Assembly: GCA_003221695.1 (NCBI GenBank)
Contig: QHSX01000039.1
Coordinates: 93,637-157,636 of the forward strand
DNA: 64,000 nucleotides
Direction: 5' to 3'
Source of the DNA: Candidatus Rokuibacteriota bacterium
GTDB taxonomy: Bacteria > Methylomirabilota > Methylomirabilia > Rokubacteriales > CSP1-6
The position numbers and the translations under genes are program-made. This document shows, in pieces, positions 27,434 through 36,110 of the stretch. The notes below the pieces were generated by a model. That model did no database searches, had not been told where the DNA came from, and worked only from the letters and a program-made list of their open reading frames with translations. The first letter of the stretch is position 1, and every line of letters starts with the position of its first letter.

Positions 27434-29233
27434 ATGGACGAACGGCAGCTTCGCGAGCTCCTCGAGGACGTCCGGACCGGTGGGCTCTCCCGCCGCACGT
27501 TCGTCACCACCATGATCGGGCTCGGGCTCACCGCGCCCCTCGCCGCCCGGATGCTGACGGCTGCCGGCGTGGCCGACGCGCAGCCCCGCGGTGACCCGTT
27601 CGCTCCGACGCGGCGAGGCGGCGGAGGCCAGCTCAAGGTCCTCTGGTGGCAAGCGCCCACGCTTCTGAACCCGCACTTCGCCAACGGCACCAAGGACGAG
27701 GACGCGTCCCGGATTTTCTACGAGCCGCTTGCCGGCTTCGACCCGGACGGCAACGTGGTCCCCATCCTCGCCGCCGAGGTGCCGACCGTCCAGAACGGGG
27801 GCCTCGCCAAGGACCTCACCTGGGTGAGGTGGCGGCTTAAGAAGGGGGTGACCTGGCACGACGGCAGGCCCTTCACGGCTGACGACGTGGTCTTCAATTG
27901 GGAATACGTGGCCGATCCCGACACGGCCGCGTGGACGAGCGGCTCGTACCGGGAGATCTCCCGGATCGACAAGCTGGACAGCCACACGGTCAAGGTCAGC
28001 TTCAACGCGCCGCAGCCGTTCTGGTCCGACGCCTTCTGCGGCAACCGCGGGATGATCATCCCCAGGCACGTCTTCGGGCCCTACAAGGGGGCGAAGTCGC
28101 GCGAGGCGCCCGCCAACCTCAAGCCCGTCGGCACGGGCCCCTACCGCTTCGTGGACTTCAAGCCCGGCGACGTCGTGCGCGCAGAGCTCGATCCGGCTTA
28201 CCACGTGCCGAACCGTCCCTTCTTCGACGCGCTCGAGATGAAGGGCGGCGGGGACGCGGCGTCCGCCGCGCGCGCCGCGCTTCAGACCGGCGAGTATGAC
28301 TACGCCTGGAACATGCAGGTCGAGGACGACATCCTGAGGCGCCTCGAGCAGGCCGGCAAGGGCCGCGTCAACATCTGGGCCACGGGCAATCCCGAGCACA
28401 TCCAGTGCAACTCCACCGACCCGTGGAAGGAGGTCGACGGGGAGCGTTCGAGCATCAAGACGACCCACGCGCTGCTCTCGGACCCCGCCGTCCGTCAAGC
28501 CCTGAACCTCCTCGTGGACCGCGCGGCGGTGCAGGAGCAGATCTACGGCCGCCAGGGTCAGACGACCGCGAACTTCCTCAACGCCCCGTCCCGTTTCTCC
28601 TCGCGGGCGACGCGCTGGGAGTTCAGCCTCGAGAGAGCCAATCAGATCCTGGACGCGGCCGGGTGGAGGCGCGCGGCCGACGGCGTCCGCGTCAAGGACG
28701 GCAAGCGGCTCACGATGGTCTACCAGACGTCGATCAACGCGCCACGCCAGAAGACCCAGCAGATCGTCAAGCAAGCGGCAGCCAAGGCGGGCATCGACCT
28801 CGAGCTGAAGTCGGTGGTCGCGTCGGTCTTCTTCTCCTCCGACCCCGCCAACGCCGACACCTACCCGCACTTCTACGCCGATCTCCAGATGTATAACACC
28901 ACGATGACGGCGCCGGACCCGCAGTACTTCATGAACCAGTTCACCTCGTGGGAGATCGCCTCGAAGGCGAACAAGTGGCAGGGCCGCAACATCACCCGCT
29001 GGCGCAACGAGGAGTACGACCGCGCGTACCGCGCGGCCGACTCGGAGCTCGACCCCGTGAAGCGCGCCGCGCTCTTCGTCAAGATGAACGACCTCGTGAT
29101 CCAGAACGTCGTGGTCATCCCGGTGCTGTGGCGCAACGGCGTGTCGGCGTCCAGCGTCCGTCTCAAGGGGATGGACCTCTCGGGCTGGGACTCGACGTTC
29201 TGGCGGCTCGCCTTCTGGCACAAGACGTCGTGA
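27434..29233 (+). CDS. ABC transporter substrate-binding protein, family 5 (peptide/nickel/opine type), Tat signal
   Basis: SRRTFVTTMIGLGLTAP twin-arginine signal; SBP_bac_5 fold; 599 aa. Confidence 0.8.
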   Translation: MDERQLRELLEDVRTGGLSRRTFVTTMIGLGLTAPLAARMLTAAGVADAQPRGDPFAPTRRGGGGQLKVLWWQAPTLLNPHFANGTKDEDASRIFYEPLAGFDPDGNVVPILAAEVPTVQNGGLAKDLTWVRWRLKKGVTWHDGRPFTADDVVFNWEYVADPDTAAWTSGSYREISRIDKLDSHTVKVSFNAPQPFWSDAFCGNRGMIIPRHVFGPYKGAKSREAPANLKPVGTGPYRFVDFKPGDVVRAELDPAYHVPNRPFFDALEMKGGGDAASAARAALQTGEYDYAWNMQVEDDILRRLEQAGKGRVNIWATGNPEHIQCNSTDPWKEVDGERSSIKTTHALLSDPAVRQALNLLVDRAAVQEQIYGRQGQTTANFLNAPSRFSSRATRWEFSLERANQILDAAGWRRAADGVRVKDGKRLTMVYQTSINAPRQKTQQIVKQAAAKAGIDLELKSVVASVFFSSDPANADTYPHFYADLQMYNTTMTAPDPQYFMNQFTSWEIASKANKWQGRNITRWRNEEYDRAYRAADSELDPVKRAALFVKMNDLVIQNVVVIPVLWRNGVSASSVRLKGMDLSGWDSTFWRLAFWHKTS

Positions 29234-29247
29234 CGCGGAGGACCTCC

Positions 29248-31041
29248 ATGGACGAGCGCGAACTGAGAGAGCTGACCGGTCGGGTGAAGGCGGGAAGCCT
29301 GAGCCGACGTCGCTTCGTGCAGACGATGCTCGGCCTGGGGCTGACCGCGCCTATGGCCGCGGAGATGCTGGCGACGGCGGGCGTCGCCCGGGCGGAGACG
29401 AAGTGGTCGTTCAACCCGACGAAGCGCGGTGGCGGGGGGCTCCTGAAGACGCTCTGGTGGCAGGCGCCCACGCTCCTCAACCCGCACTTCGCCACCGGCA
29501 CCAAGGACCAGGACGCGTCGAGGATCTTCTACGAGCCGCTCGGGTCGTACGATCCCGACGGCAATCTCGTCCCGATGCTCGCGGCCGAAGTGCCGAGCCT
29601 CCAGAACGGTCAGGTCGCGAAGGACGGGACGTCGGTCACCTGGCGACTCAAGAAGAACGTCGTCTGGCACGACGGCAAGCCGTTCACCGCCGACGACGTC
29701 ATCTTCAACTGGGAGTACGTCATGGACCCCGCGACCGCAGCGACCACGCAGGGTTCGTATCGCGACATCGAGCGGATCGACACGCTCGACAGCCACACGG
29801 TCAAGATCGTCTTCAAGAAGCCGACCCCCTTCTGGGCCGCGCCCTTTTGTGGCACCGAGATGATCATCCCGAAGCATCTCTTCCAGGCATACAAGGGCGA
29901 CAAGTCGCGCGAGGCGCCGACCAATCTCAAGCCCGTCGGCACCGGGCCGTTCCGCTTCGTGGACTTCAAACCCGGCGACATCGTGCGCGGGGAGCTGAAC
30001 CCGAGCTACCACGTCCCGAACCGACCGTTCTTCGACGCGATCGAGATGAAGGGGGGCGGCGACGCCGTCTCGGCGGCGCGCGCTGTCATCCAGACCGGCG
30101 AGTACGACTACGCGTGGAACATTCAGGTCGAGGACGAAGCTCTCAAGCGGATGGAGCAGGGCGGCAAGGGGCGCGCCGACATCGTCGCCAGCGGCAACAT
30201 CGAGCACATCGGGCTCAACACGACCGATCCGTGGACGGAGGTGGACGGCGAGCGGTCCTCCATGAAGACCGCGCACCCCTTCCTCACGGACCCCGCCGTG
30301 CGGCAAGCGCTGAACCTGCTCGTGGACCGTGGGTCGGTCCAGGACCAGATCTACGGACGCACCGGGATCGCGACCGCCAACTTCCTCAACGCGCCCTCGC
30401 GGTTCGTCTCGACGAACACGAGGTGGGAGTTCAGTGTCGACCGCGCCAACGCGATCCTCGACGGCGCCGGCTGGAAGCGCGGCGGCGACGGGATCCGGAC
30501 GAAGGACGGCAAGAAGCTCCGGCTCGTCTACCAGACCTCGATCAACCCCCTGCGCCAGAAGACCCAGCAGGTCGTCAAGCAGGCGTGTACCAAGGCGGGG
30601 ATCGACGTCGAGCTGAAGTCGGTGACGCCGTCGGTGTATTTCTCGTCGGACCCGGCGAACCCCGACACCTATGCGCACTTCTACGCCGACATCCAGATGT
30701 ATACCACGACCATGACGCGGCCGGACCCACAGCGCTTTATGGACCAGTTCACCTCCTGGGAGATCGCCTCCAAGGAGAACAAGTGGGCGCTGACGAACAT
30801 CACGCGATGGCGCAATGCGGAGTACGACCGTGCGTGGAAGGCGGCGGAGACCGAGATGGACCCGCTCAAGCGCGCGGCGCTCTTCGTCAAGATGAACGAC
30901 CTCGCCATCCAGCACGTCGTCGTCATTCCGGTCGTTTTCCGGCCGTGGGTCCAAGTGATCTCCCTCAAGCTGCGCGACGCCGTCAAGAGCGGCTGGGACT
31001 CCGATTTCTGGGCGCTCGCGTACTGGTCCAGACACGCGTAG
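29248..31041 (+). CDS. ABC transporter substrate-binding protein, family 5, a tandem paralog of the preceding gene
   Basis: SRRRFVQTMLGLGLTAP Tat signal; ~75% identical to the upstream SBP along its full length. Confidence 0.8.
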   Translation: MDERELRELTGRVKAGSLSRRRFVQTMLGLGLTAPMAAEMLATAGVARAETKWSFNPTKRGGGGLLKTLWWQAPTLLNPHFATGTKDQDASRIFYEPLGSYDPDGNLVPMLAAEVPSLQNGQVAKDGTSVTWRLKKNVVWHDGKPFTADDVIFNWEYVMDPATAATTQGSYRDIERIDTLDSHTVKIVFKKPTPFWAAPFCGTEMIIPKHLFQAYKGDKSREAPTNLKPVGTGPFRFVDFKPGDIVRGELNPSYHVPNRPFFDAIEMKGGGDAVSAARAVIQTGEYDYAWNIQVEDEALKRMEQGGKGRADIVASGNIEHIGLNTTDPWTEVDGERSSMKTAHPFLTDPAVRQALNLLVDRGSVQDQIYGRTGIATANFLNAPSRFVSTNTRWEFSVDRANAILDGAGWKRGGDGIRTKDGKKLRLVYQTSINPLRQKTQQVVKQACTKAGIDVELKSVTPSVYFSSDPANPDTYAHFYADIQMYTTTMTRPDPQRFMDQFTSWEIASKENKWALTNITRWRNAEYDRAWKAAETEMDPLKRAALFVKMNDLAIQHVVVIPVVFRPWVQVISLKLRDAVKSGWDSDFWALAYWSRHA

Positions 31042-31053
31042 CCGCACGCGTGC

Positions 31054-32013
31054 ATGTCGAGATACCTGCTCCGGAGAGCGCTGGTCTCCATGCCCGCACT
31101 GCTGGGCATCAGCGTCGTGCTGTTCACGGTGCTGGCCCTCGCCCCCGGCGATCCCTTCGAGGAGCTGGCGACGAACCCGAACGTGCCGCCCGAGGTGCGC
31201 CAGAACCTCCGGGCGAAGTTCGGCCTCGACGACCCGCTGCCCGTGCGGTACGCGCGGTGGTTCACGTCCATGCTCCGCGGCGACTGGGGGTTCTCGTTCG
31301 TGAGCCGCGTCGACGTGAACACGCTCATCCTCCAGCGCCTCCCCGTGACCCTCGTCGTCCTCGGCTCGGCGCAGCTTCTGGCGATCATGATCGCCGTCCC
31401 CATCGGGACGTACTCCGCGCTCCGTCCCTACTCCCTCTTCGACCAGCTCGCGACGACGCTCGCGTTCATCGGCTTCTCCCTGCCGACCTTCTTCACGGGG
31501 CTGCTCTTCATTCTCCTGTTCAGCATCTATCTCGACTGGCTCCCGTTCATCTTCCGCGCCGACATCGGCGCGATCGGATGGCGGTGGTACTGGGAGCACC
31601 TCCGGCAGTCGATCATGCCCGTCGCGGTCCTGGGGCTCTTCCAGGCCGCCGCGATGACGCGCTTCATGCGCGCGGCGGTGCTCGACGTGATCCGGCTCGA
31701 CTACGTCAACACGGCACGGGCCAAGGGGCTCCCGGAGAAGACGACGCTCGTGAAGCACGTCGTCAGGAACGCGCTCATCCCCGTCGTCACGCTCGTCGCG
31801 CTCCAGATCCCCAACATCTTCGGGGGCGCGATCGTCACCGAGCAGATCTTCCGGGTGCCCGGGATCGGCTCGCTCTTGATCAGCTCGATCCTCGCGAACG
31901 ACACGCCGGTGGTCATGGCGGTCACGTTCGTCTATTCGGTGCTGGTCGTGGTCTCGAACCTCGTGGCGGACCTGCTCTACGGCTGGCTCGATCCGAGGAT
32001 CTCGTACCGGTGA
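31054..32013 (+). CDS. ABC transporter permease (DppB/OppB family)
   Basis: 319 aa; six TM helices; permease signature ...NTARAKGLPE... Confidence 0.85.
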   Translation: MSRYLLRRALVSMPALLGISVVLFTVLALAPGDPFEELATNPNVPPEVRQNLRAKFGLDDPLPVRYARWFTSMLRGDWGFSFVSRVDVNTLILQRLPVTLVVLGSAQLLAIMIAVPIGTYSALRPYSLFDQLATTLAFIGFSLPTFFTGLLFILLFSIYLDWLPFIFRADIGAIGWRWYWEHLRQSIMPVAVLGLFQAAAMTRFMRAAVLDVIRLDYVNTARAKGLPEKTTLVKHVVRNALIPVVTLVALQIPNIFGGAIVTEQIFRVPGIGSLLISSILANDTPVVMAVTFVYSVLVVVSNLVADLLYGWLDPRISYR

Positions 32014-32020
32014 CCCTGAC

Positions 32021-32950
32021 GTGACGGCGAGAGCCGTCGAGAAGCTCCCCGTCGCGCTCGCCGCCCCGCGCGCCTTGCTCTGGCGCGAAGCCGTCCGCCG
32101 CTTCCGGCGCCACCGCCTGGCGATGATCGGCGCCACGGTCCTGCTCGTGCTGGTCGGCGCCGTCGTCGCGGGCCCGCTCGCCTGGCGGTTGCCGGTCAAC
32201 GAGATCGACTTTACGCAGAAGCTCAAGGGCCCGACGTGGGGCCACCCGCTCGGGACCGACGACCTCGGCCAGGACCTCCTCGCGCGGGTGCTCTACGGCG
32301 GGCGCATCTCGCTCGCGGTCGGCGTCGCGGCGATGCTGATCGCGATCTCCATCGGGACCGCGATCGGCGCTGCGTCCGGGTACGTGGGGGGCGCCGTGGA
32401 CCACACGCTGATGCGCATCACCGATCTCTTCCTCTCGCTGCCGCAGCTCCCGCTCCTGCTCTTGATCGTCTACCTCTTCCGCGACGCGTTGAGGAAGGCG
32501 CTCGGGCCCGAGGGCGGGGTCTTCGTGCTGGTCGTCGCGGTCATCGGGGGTCTGCGCTGGATGCCGGTTGCACGGCTCGTCCGGGCCCAGTTCCTGTCGC
32601 TCCGCGAGAAGGAGTTCGTCGAGGCGGCACGGAGCCTCGGCGCGCCGCCGCTCAGGCAGGTCGTCCGGCACATCCTGCCCAACTCGATGGGGCCGGTGAT
32701 CGTCGCGGGCTCGCTCGACGTCGCCGCCGCGATCATCGCGGAGTCCACGCTCTCGTTCCTGGGCCTCGGCTTCCCTCCCGATATTCCGACCTGGGGGCGG
32801 CTCCTGTTCGACGCCAAGGACAACCTGGACTTCGCCCCCCACTGGGCCATCTTCCCGGGCACGGCGATCTTCCTCACCGTCCTCTCCATCAACTACATCG
32901 GCGACGGGTTGCGCGACGCGCTCGACCCGAGAAGGGTCTTGAGTCGATGA
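32021..32950 (+). CDS. ABC transporter permease (DppC/OppC family)
   Basis: GTG start; 309 aa; permease signature ...EAARSLGAP... Confidence 0.85.
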   Translation: MTARAVEKLPVALAAPRALLWREAVRRFRRHRLAMIGATVLLVLVGAVVAGPLAWRLPVNEIDFTQKLKGPTWGHPLGTDDLGQDLLARVLYGGRISLAVGVAAMLIAISIGTAIGAASGYVGGAVDHTLMRITDLFLSLPQLPLLLLIVYLFRDALRKALGPEGGVFVLVVAVIGGLRWMPVARLVRAQFLSLREKEFVEAARSLGAPPLRQVVRHILPNSMGPVIVAGSLDVAAAIIAESTLSFLGLGFPPDIPTWGRLLFDAKDNLDFAPHWAIFPGTAIFLTVLSINYIGDGLRDALDPRRVLSR

Positions 32951-34365
32951 CCGACACCGATCTCTGCTTCACGCCGGCCACCGAGCTCGCCGCGCTCATC
33001 CGCCGTCACAAGGTCTCGCCCCTCGAGGTGACCCGCGCGGCCCTGGCTCGGATCGAGAAGGTGAACCCGAGCCTCAACGCCTACTGCACGGTCGCAGCCG
33101 AGCAGGCGCTCGCCGACGCGAAGCGCGCGACCGGCGCGCTCAAGCGTGGCGCCAGGCTCGGCCCGCTCCACGGCGTACCGGTCTCGATCAAGGATCTGAC
33201 CCTCACGCGGGGGATCCGCACGACGGAGGGCTCGAAGATCTTCGAGCACCGCGTCCCCGCCGAGGATGCCCTGGTCGTCGAGCGGTTGAAGGCGGCGGGC
33301 GCGATCGTCCTCGGCAAGACCAACACGCCCGAGTTCGGCGCCGGCGCGAACACCTTCAACGCCGTCTTCGGCCCGACGCGCAACCCGTGGAACCCGGCGC
33401 TCACGTGTGGCGGGTCGAGCGGCGGCGCCGCGGTCGCGCTCGCCACGGGCCTGGGCCCTCTCGCCCAGGGCTCGGACCTCGGGGGCTCGCTCCGGATCCC
33501 CGCCGCGTTCTGCGGCGTCGTGGGCTTCCGCACCACGCCCGGGCTCGTCCCCGTCTGGCCGGCCATGCTCGCGTGGGATCCGTGGAGTGTGCAGGGACCG
33601 ATGGCCCGTACCGTCGCCGACACGGCGCTGATGCTTTCGGCGATCGCAGGCCCCGATCCGCGCGCGCCGCTCTCCTACGCCGTGGACACGCGGGCGTTCA
33701 CGCGCGCGGTGCGGGCGCCCGGGATCAAGGGCCTGCGCGTCGCCTGGGGTGGGAGCCTCGGGATCACGCCCGTGGACGACGAGGTGCTGAGGATCTGCCA
33801 CGCCGCGACCGCGGTGTTCCGGCGGCTCGGCGTGCGCGTCGACGAGGCCCACCCGGATTTCGACGGCCTCCACGAGATTGTCAACGTGAGCCGCGGCGCC
33901 AGCATGGTCGCCCGCCACGCTGACAAGCTCGGCCCGTGGCGCGGCGTCATGCAGGAGAACCTCGTGAAGAACATCGAGTACGGACTGACGCTGACGCCGA
34001 CCGACATCGGGCGCGCCGAGCGGATCCGCACCGCGCTCTGGCACCGCGTCCGCGAGTTCTACGATCGCTACGATCTGCTCGTGACGCCGACCACCGCGGT
34101 GCCGCCCTTCCCGGTCGAGATCGTCTCGCCGACGGAGATCAACGGAAAGCCGATGACGCACTACATCGAGTGGGTGCTCCTGACCTACGCCTTCACCGTC
34201 GTCGGCCTCCCCGCGATCTCCGTGCCGTGCGGCTTCACGCGCGCGGGCCTGCCCGTCGGGCTGCAGCTCGCCGGGGGATGGCGGGACGACGCCGGGGTGC
34301 TACGCGCGGCGGCCGCCTTCGAGGCGGCGCAGCCGTGGGCGCATCGGTGGCCGCCCGAGCGGTGA
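32947..34365 (+). CDS. Amidase (amidase-signature family)
   Basis: GGSSGGAAVALATG and LGTDLGGSIRIPAAFCG-like AS motifs; ATGA overlap with the permease stop; 472 aa. Confidence 0.85.
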   Translation: MTDTDLCFTPATELAALIRRHKVSPLEVTRAALARIEKVNPSLNAYCTVAAEQALADAKRATGALKRGARLGPLHGVPVSIKDLTLTRGIRTTEGSKIFEHRVPAEDALVVERLKAAGAIVLGKTNTPEFGAGANTFNAVFGPTRNPWNPALTCGGSSGGAAVALATGLGPLAQGSDLGGSLRIPAAFCGVVGFRTTPGLVPVWPAMLAWDPWSVQGPMARTVADTALMLSAIAGPDPRAPLSYAVDTRAFTRAVRAPGIKGLRVAWGGSLGITPVDDEVLRICHAATAVFRRLGVRVDEAHPDFDGLHEIVNVSRGASMVARHADKLGPWRGVMQENLVKNIEYGLTLTPTDIGRAERIRTALWHRVREFYDRYDLLVTPTTAVPPFPVEIVSPTEINGKPMTHYIEWVLLTYAFTVVGLPAISVPCGFTRAGLPVGLQLAGGWRDDAGVLRAAAAFEAAQPWAHRWPPER

Positions 34366-34465
34366 TCGTCAGTTCCCGGCGGGCCTGAGCCGGCCGTCCA
34401 CCGGCGCGATCGCGCCCCGCGTGGCGATCGCATCGCCGTACGCGTCCGCCCGCGCGGACGGCATG

Positions 34466-35356
34466 CTAGTAGACGCCCCGGCGCTCGGCGAGCGCCGCGC
34501 CCAGGAATTCGACCGCGCGCCGCTCTGTCCAGGACGCGACGCGCCACGGCCAGCGCCCCTCGATGAAGCCCGCGTGGCCGCCCCGCGGCGTGAACTCGGC
34601 GCGCACCCACGGCGGCAGCGTCGAGGGGTTCGGGAGTGCATCGGGCGGCACGAGCGGGTCATCGAGGGCGCTGATCAGAAGCGTCGGCCGGTGGATCCGC
34701 GAAAGGTAGGGTCCGCTCGACGCCCGCACCCAGTAGTCGTGTTCGTCCGCAAAGCCGTGCAGGCGGGCGGTCACGGCCCGGTCGTACTCGCCGAACGTCC
34801 GGGCGCGCAGGGCCAGCTCGAGGTCCACGCGGGTCGCGAAGTCCGCGTCGCGCTCGGCCTTGCGGCGGACCTTGTCCCGCATGTAGGCGAGGAAACTCGC
34901 GGTGTAGACATACTTCCGCACGCCGCCATCGAGCACGCGCGCGCACGGGACGAGGTGGAACGGCGCCGAGATCGCGACCGCCGCGACCACCTGCTTCGGC
35001 GTGTCGAGCTCTCGCTCGCCGAGCCACTTGAGGAGGACGTTGCCGCCGAGCGACACGCCGACGACGCCGATCGGCGCGTCGGCGTCGCGCTCGAGCAGGT
35101 GCCCGACAACGTGATCGAGGTCGTCGGTGTGACCCGAGTGATAGAACTGCGACCGCCGATTCAGCTCGCCGCTGCACGAGCGGAAGTTGAGCGTGAGCGC
35201 GCGCCACCCCCGCGCCGCGGCGTGGCGCATGAGGCCGACGGCGTAGTGCGAGCGCGAGGAGCCCTCGAGGCCGTGAAGGACGAGAAGTCGGGGGGCGCCG
35301 GGCGGTGCCTGACCGTCCACCCAGTCGAGGTCGACAAAGTCGCCGTCGGGCAGCAC
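34466..35356 (-). CDS. Alpha/beta hydrolase (YheT/ABHD1-3-like); N-terminus uncertain, conserved sequence continues upstream of the first canonical start
   Basis: GVSLGGN nucleophile elbow; the in-frame upstream peptide ...PFRPPWWCRNGHLQTIWGPLF matches the family N-terminus but no ATG/GTG/TTG precedes it. Confidence 0.6.
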   Translation of the reverse strand: MLPDGDFVDLDWVDGQAPPGAPRLLVLHGLEGSSRSHYAVGLMRHAAARGWRALTLNFRSCSGELNRRSQFYHSGHTDDLDHVVGHLLERDADAPIGVVGVSLGGNVLLKWLGERELDTPKQVVAAVAISAPFHLVPCARVLDGGVRKYVYTASFLAYMRDKVRRKAERDADFATRVDLELALRARTFGEYDRAVTARLHGFADEHDYWVRASSGPYLSRIHRPTLLISALDDPLVPPDALPNPSTLPPWVRAEFTPRGGHAGFIEGRWPWRVASWTERRAVEFLGAALAERRGVY

Positions 35357-35463
35357 GACGCGCTCCCGCCGCGACCGGATCCGGTCACGGCGGAAGAGCG
35401 GGCCCCAGATGGTCTGGAGATGGCCGTTCCGGCACCACCAGGGCGGCCGGAACGGAGCGGGGA

Positions 35464-35994
35464 CTACTCCTGACCCTGCAATAAGAGCTTCACGACCTCC
35501 GGCGCAATCTCACGGGCGCGCCGGTCGAGCTCGGGCTCCGTGAGGTTCGCGATCGGGTGGGGCATGAGCAGGAACTTATAGGTCGGGACGCCCCACTGCG
35601 TGGCCATCGCCCGACCGGTCACCTCGAAGACGTCCGTCACGATGGACGCCGACGGTACGCTCGCCTTCTCCAGCAGGATTCCGTCGAGCACACTGCCCGA
35701 CGAGCAAGAGCCTCAGTCGCCGATGCCTGCGACCATGACGTCGCAGGTCTTCCGGACCTCCGCGATGATCTCCTCGTGGGCGGGCACCGACGCGTTGTGC
35801 TTGCGGAATAACTTCCAGTCGGCCGCGCCGTACTCGGCTTTCAGGATGTCGCCGATCTTGGCGAGGAGCCGGTCGGAGTTGAACTTCGTGTTCTCGATCA
35901 GCCCGACGCGCTTGCCTTCGAGCGACGCCGGCCGATCGACGAACGCGATGGTCTGCGTCCGGACCTCCGCGGTGGGGTCGAGGAGCTCGATCAT
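35464..35994 (-). CDS. UGSC-motif selenoprotein (paralog 1), ~176 aa, Sec encoded by TGA at 35713-35715
   Basis: ATG 35994 preceded by AGGAGG; two track ORFs (35713..36033 and 35464..35691) are in the same frame, separated only by TGA; read-through gives ...VMVAGIGD-U-GSCSSGSVLDGILLEK..., a UxxC redox motif; homologous to the N-terminal domain of 39451..41040, which has the same UGSC motif. Confidence 0.75.
35681..35704 (-). promoter_or_regulatory. Candidate SECIS-like hairpin for UGSC paralog 1
   Basis: CUCGUCG-(11 nt loop GGCAGUGUGCU)-CGACGG beginning 9 nt after the UGA; weaker than the other three. Confidence 0.3.
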
Positions 35995-36110
35995 TGTCGC
36001 ACCTCCTTGGTCCGGGAACTCCAATCGGGCCAATCACGCCACAAAAAGTGGCCGTCCGCAAGTGGTTGAAGGGACTCGCTCCGTTCGTGACCTCGCTCGC
36101 GTATGGCGCG

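Noticed and set aside
27381-27440. Possible read-through of the pdxA2 TGA stop (27381-27383)
   Set aside because: The downstream in-frame sequence has no domain similarity and runs into the SBP ribosome-binding site; this is a normal stop.
34406-34431. Two copies of the GCGATCGC palindrome (HIP1-like) in the amidase/hydrolase convergent spacer
   Set aside because: Only two copies in a GC-rich spacer; it may contribute to a bidirectional terminator hairpin but is not a repeat family.
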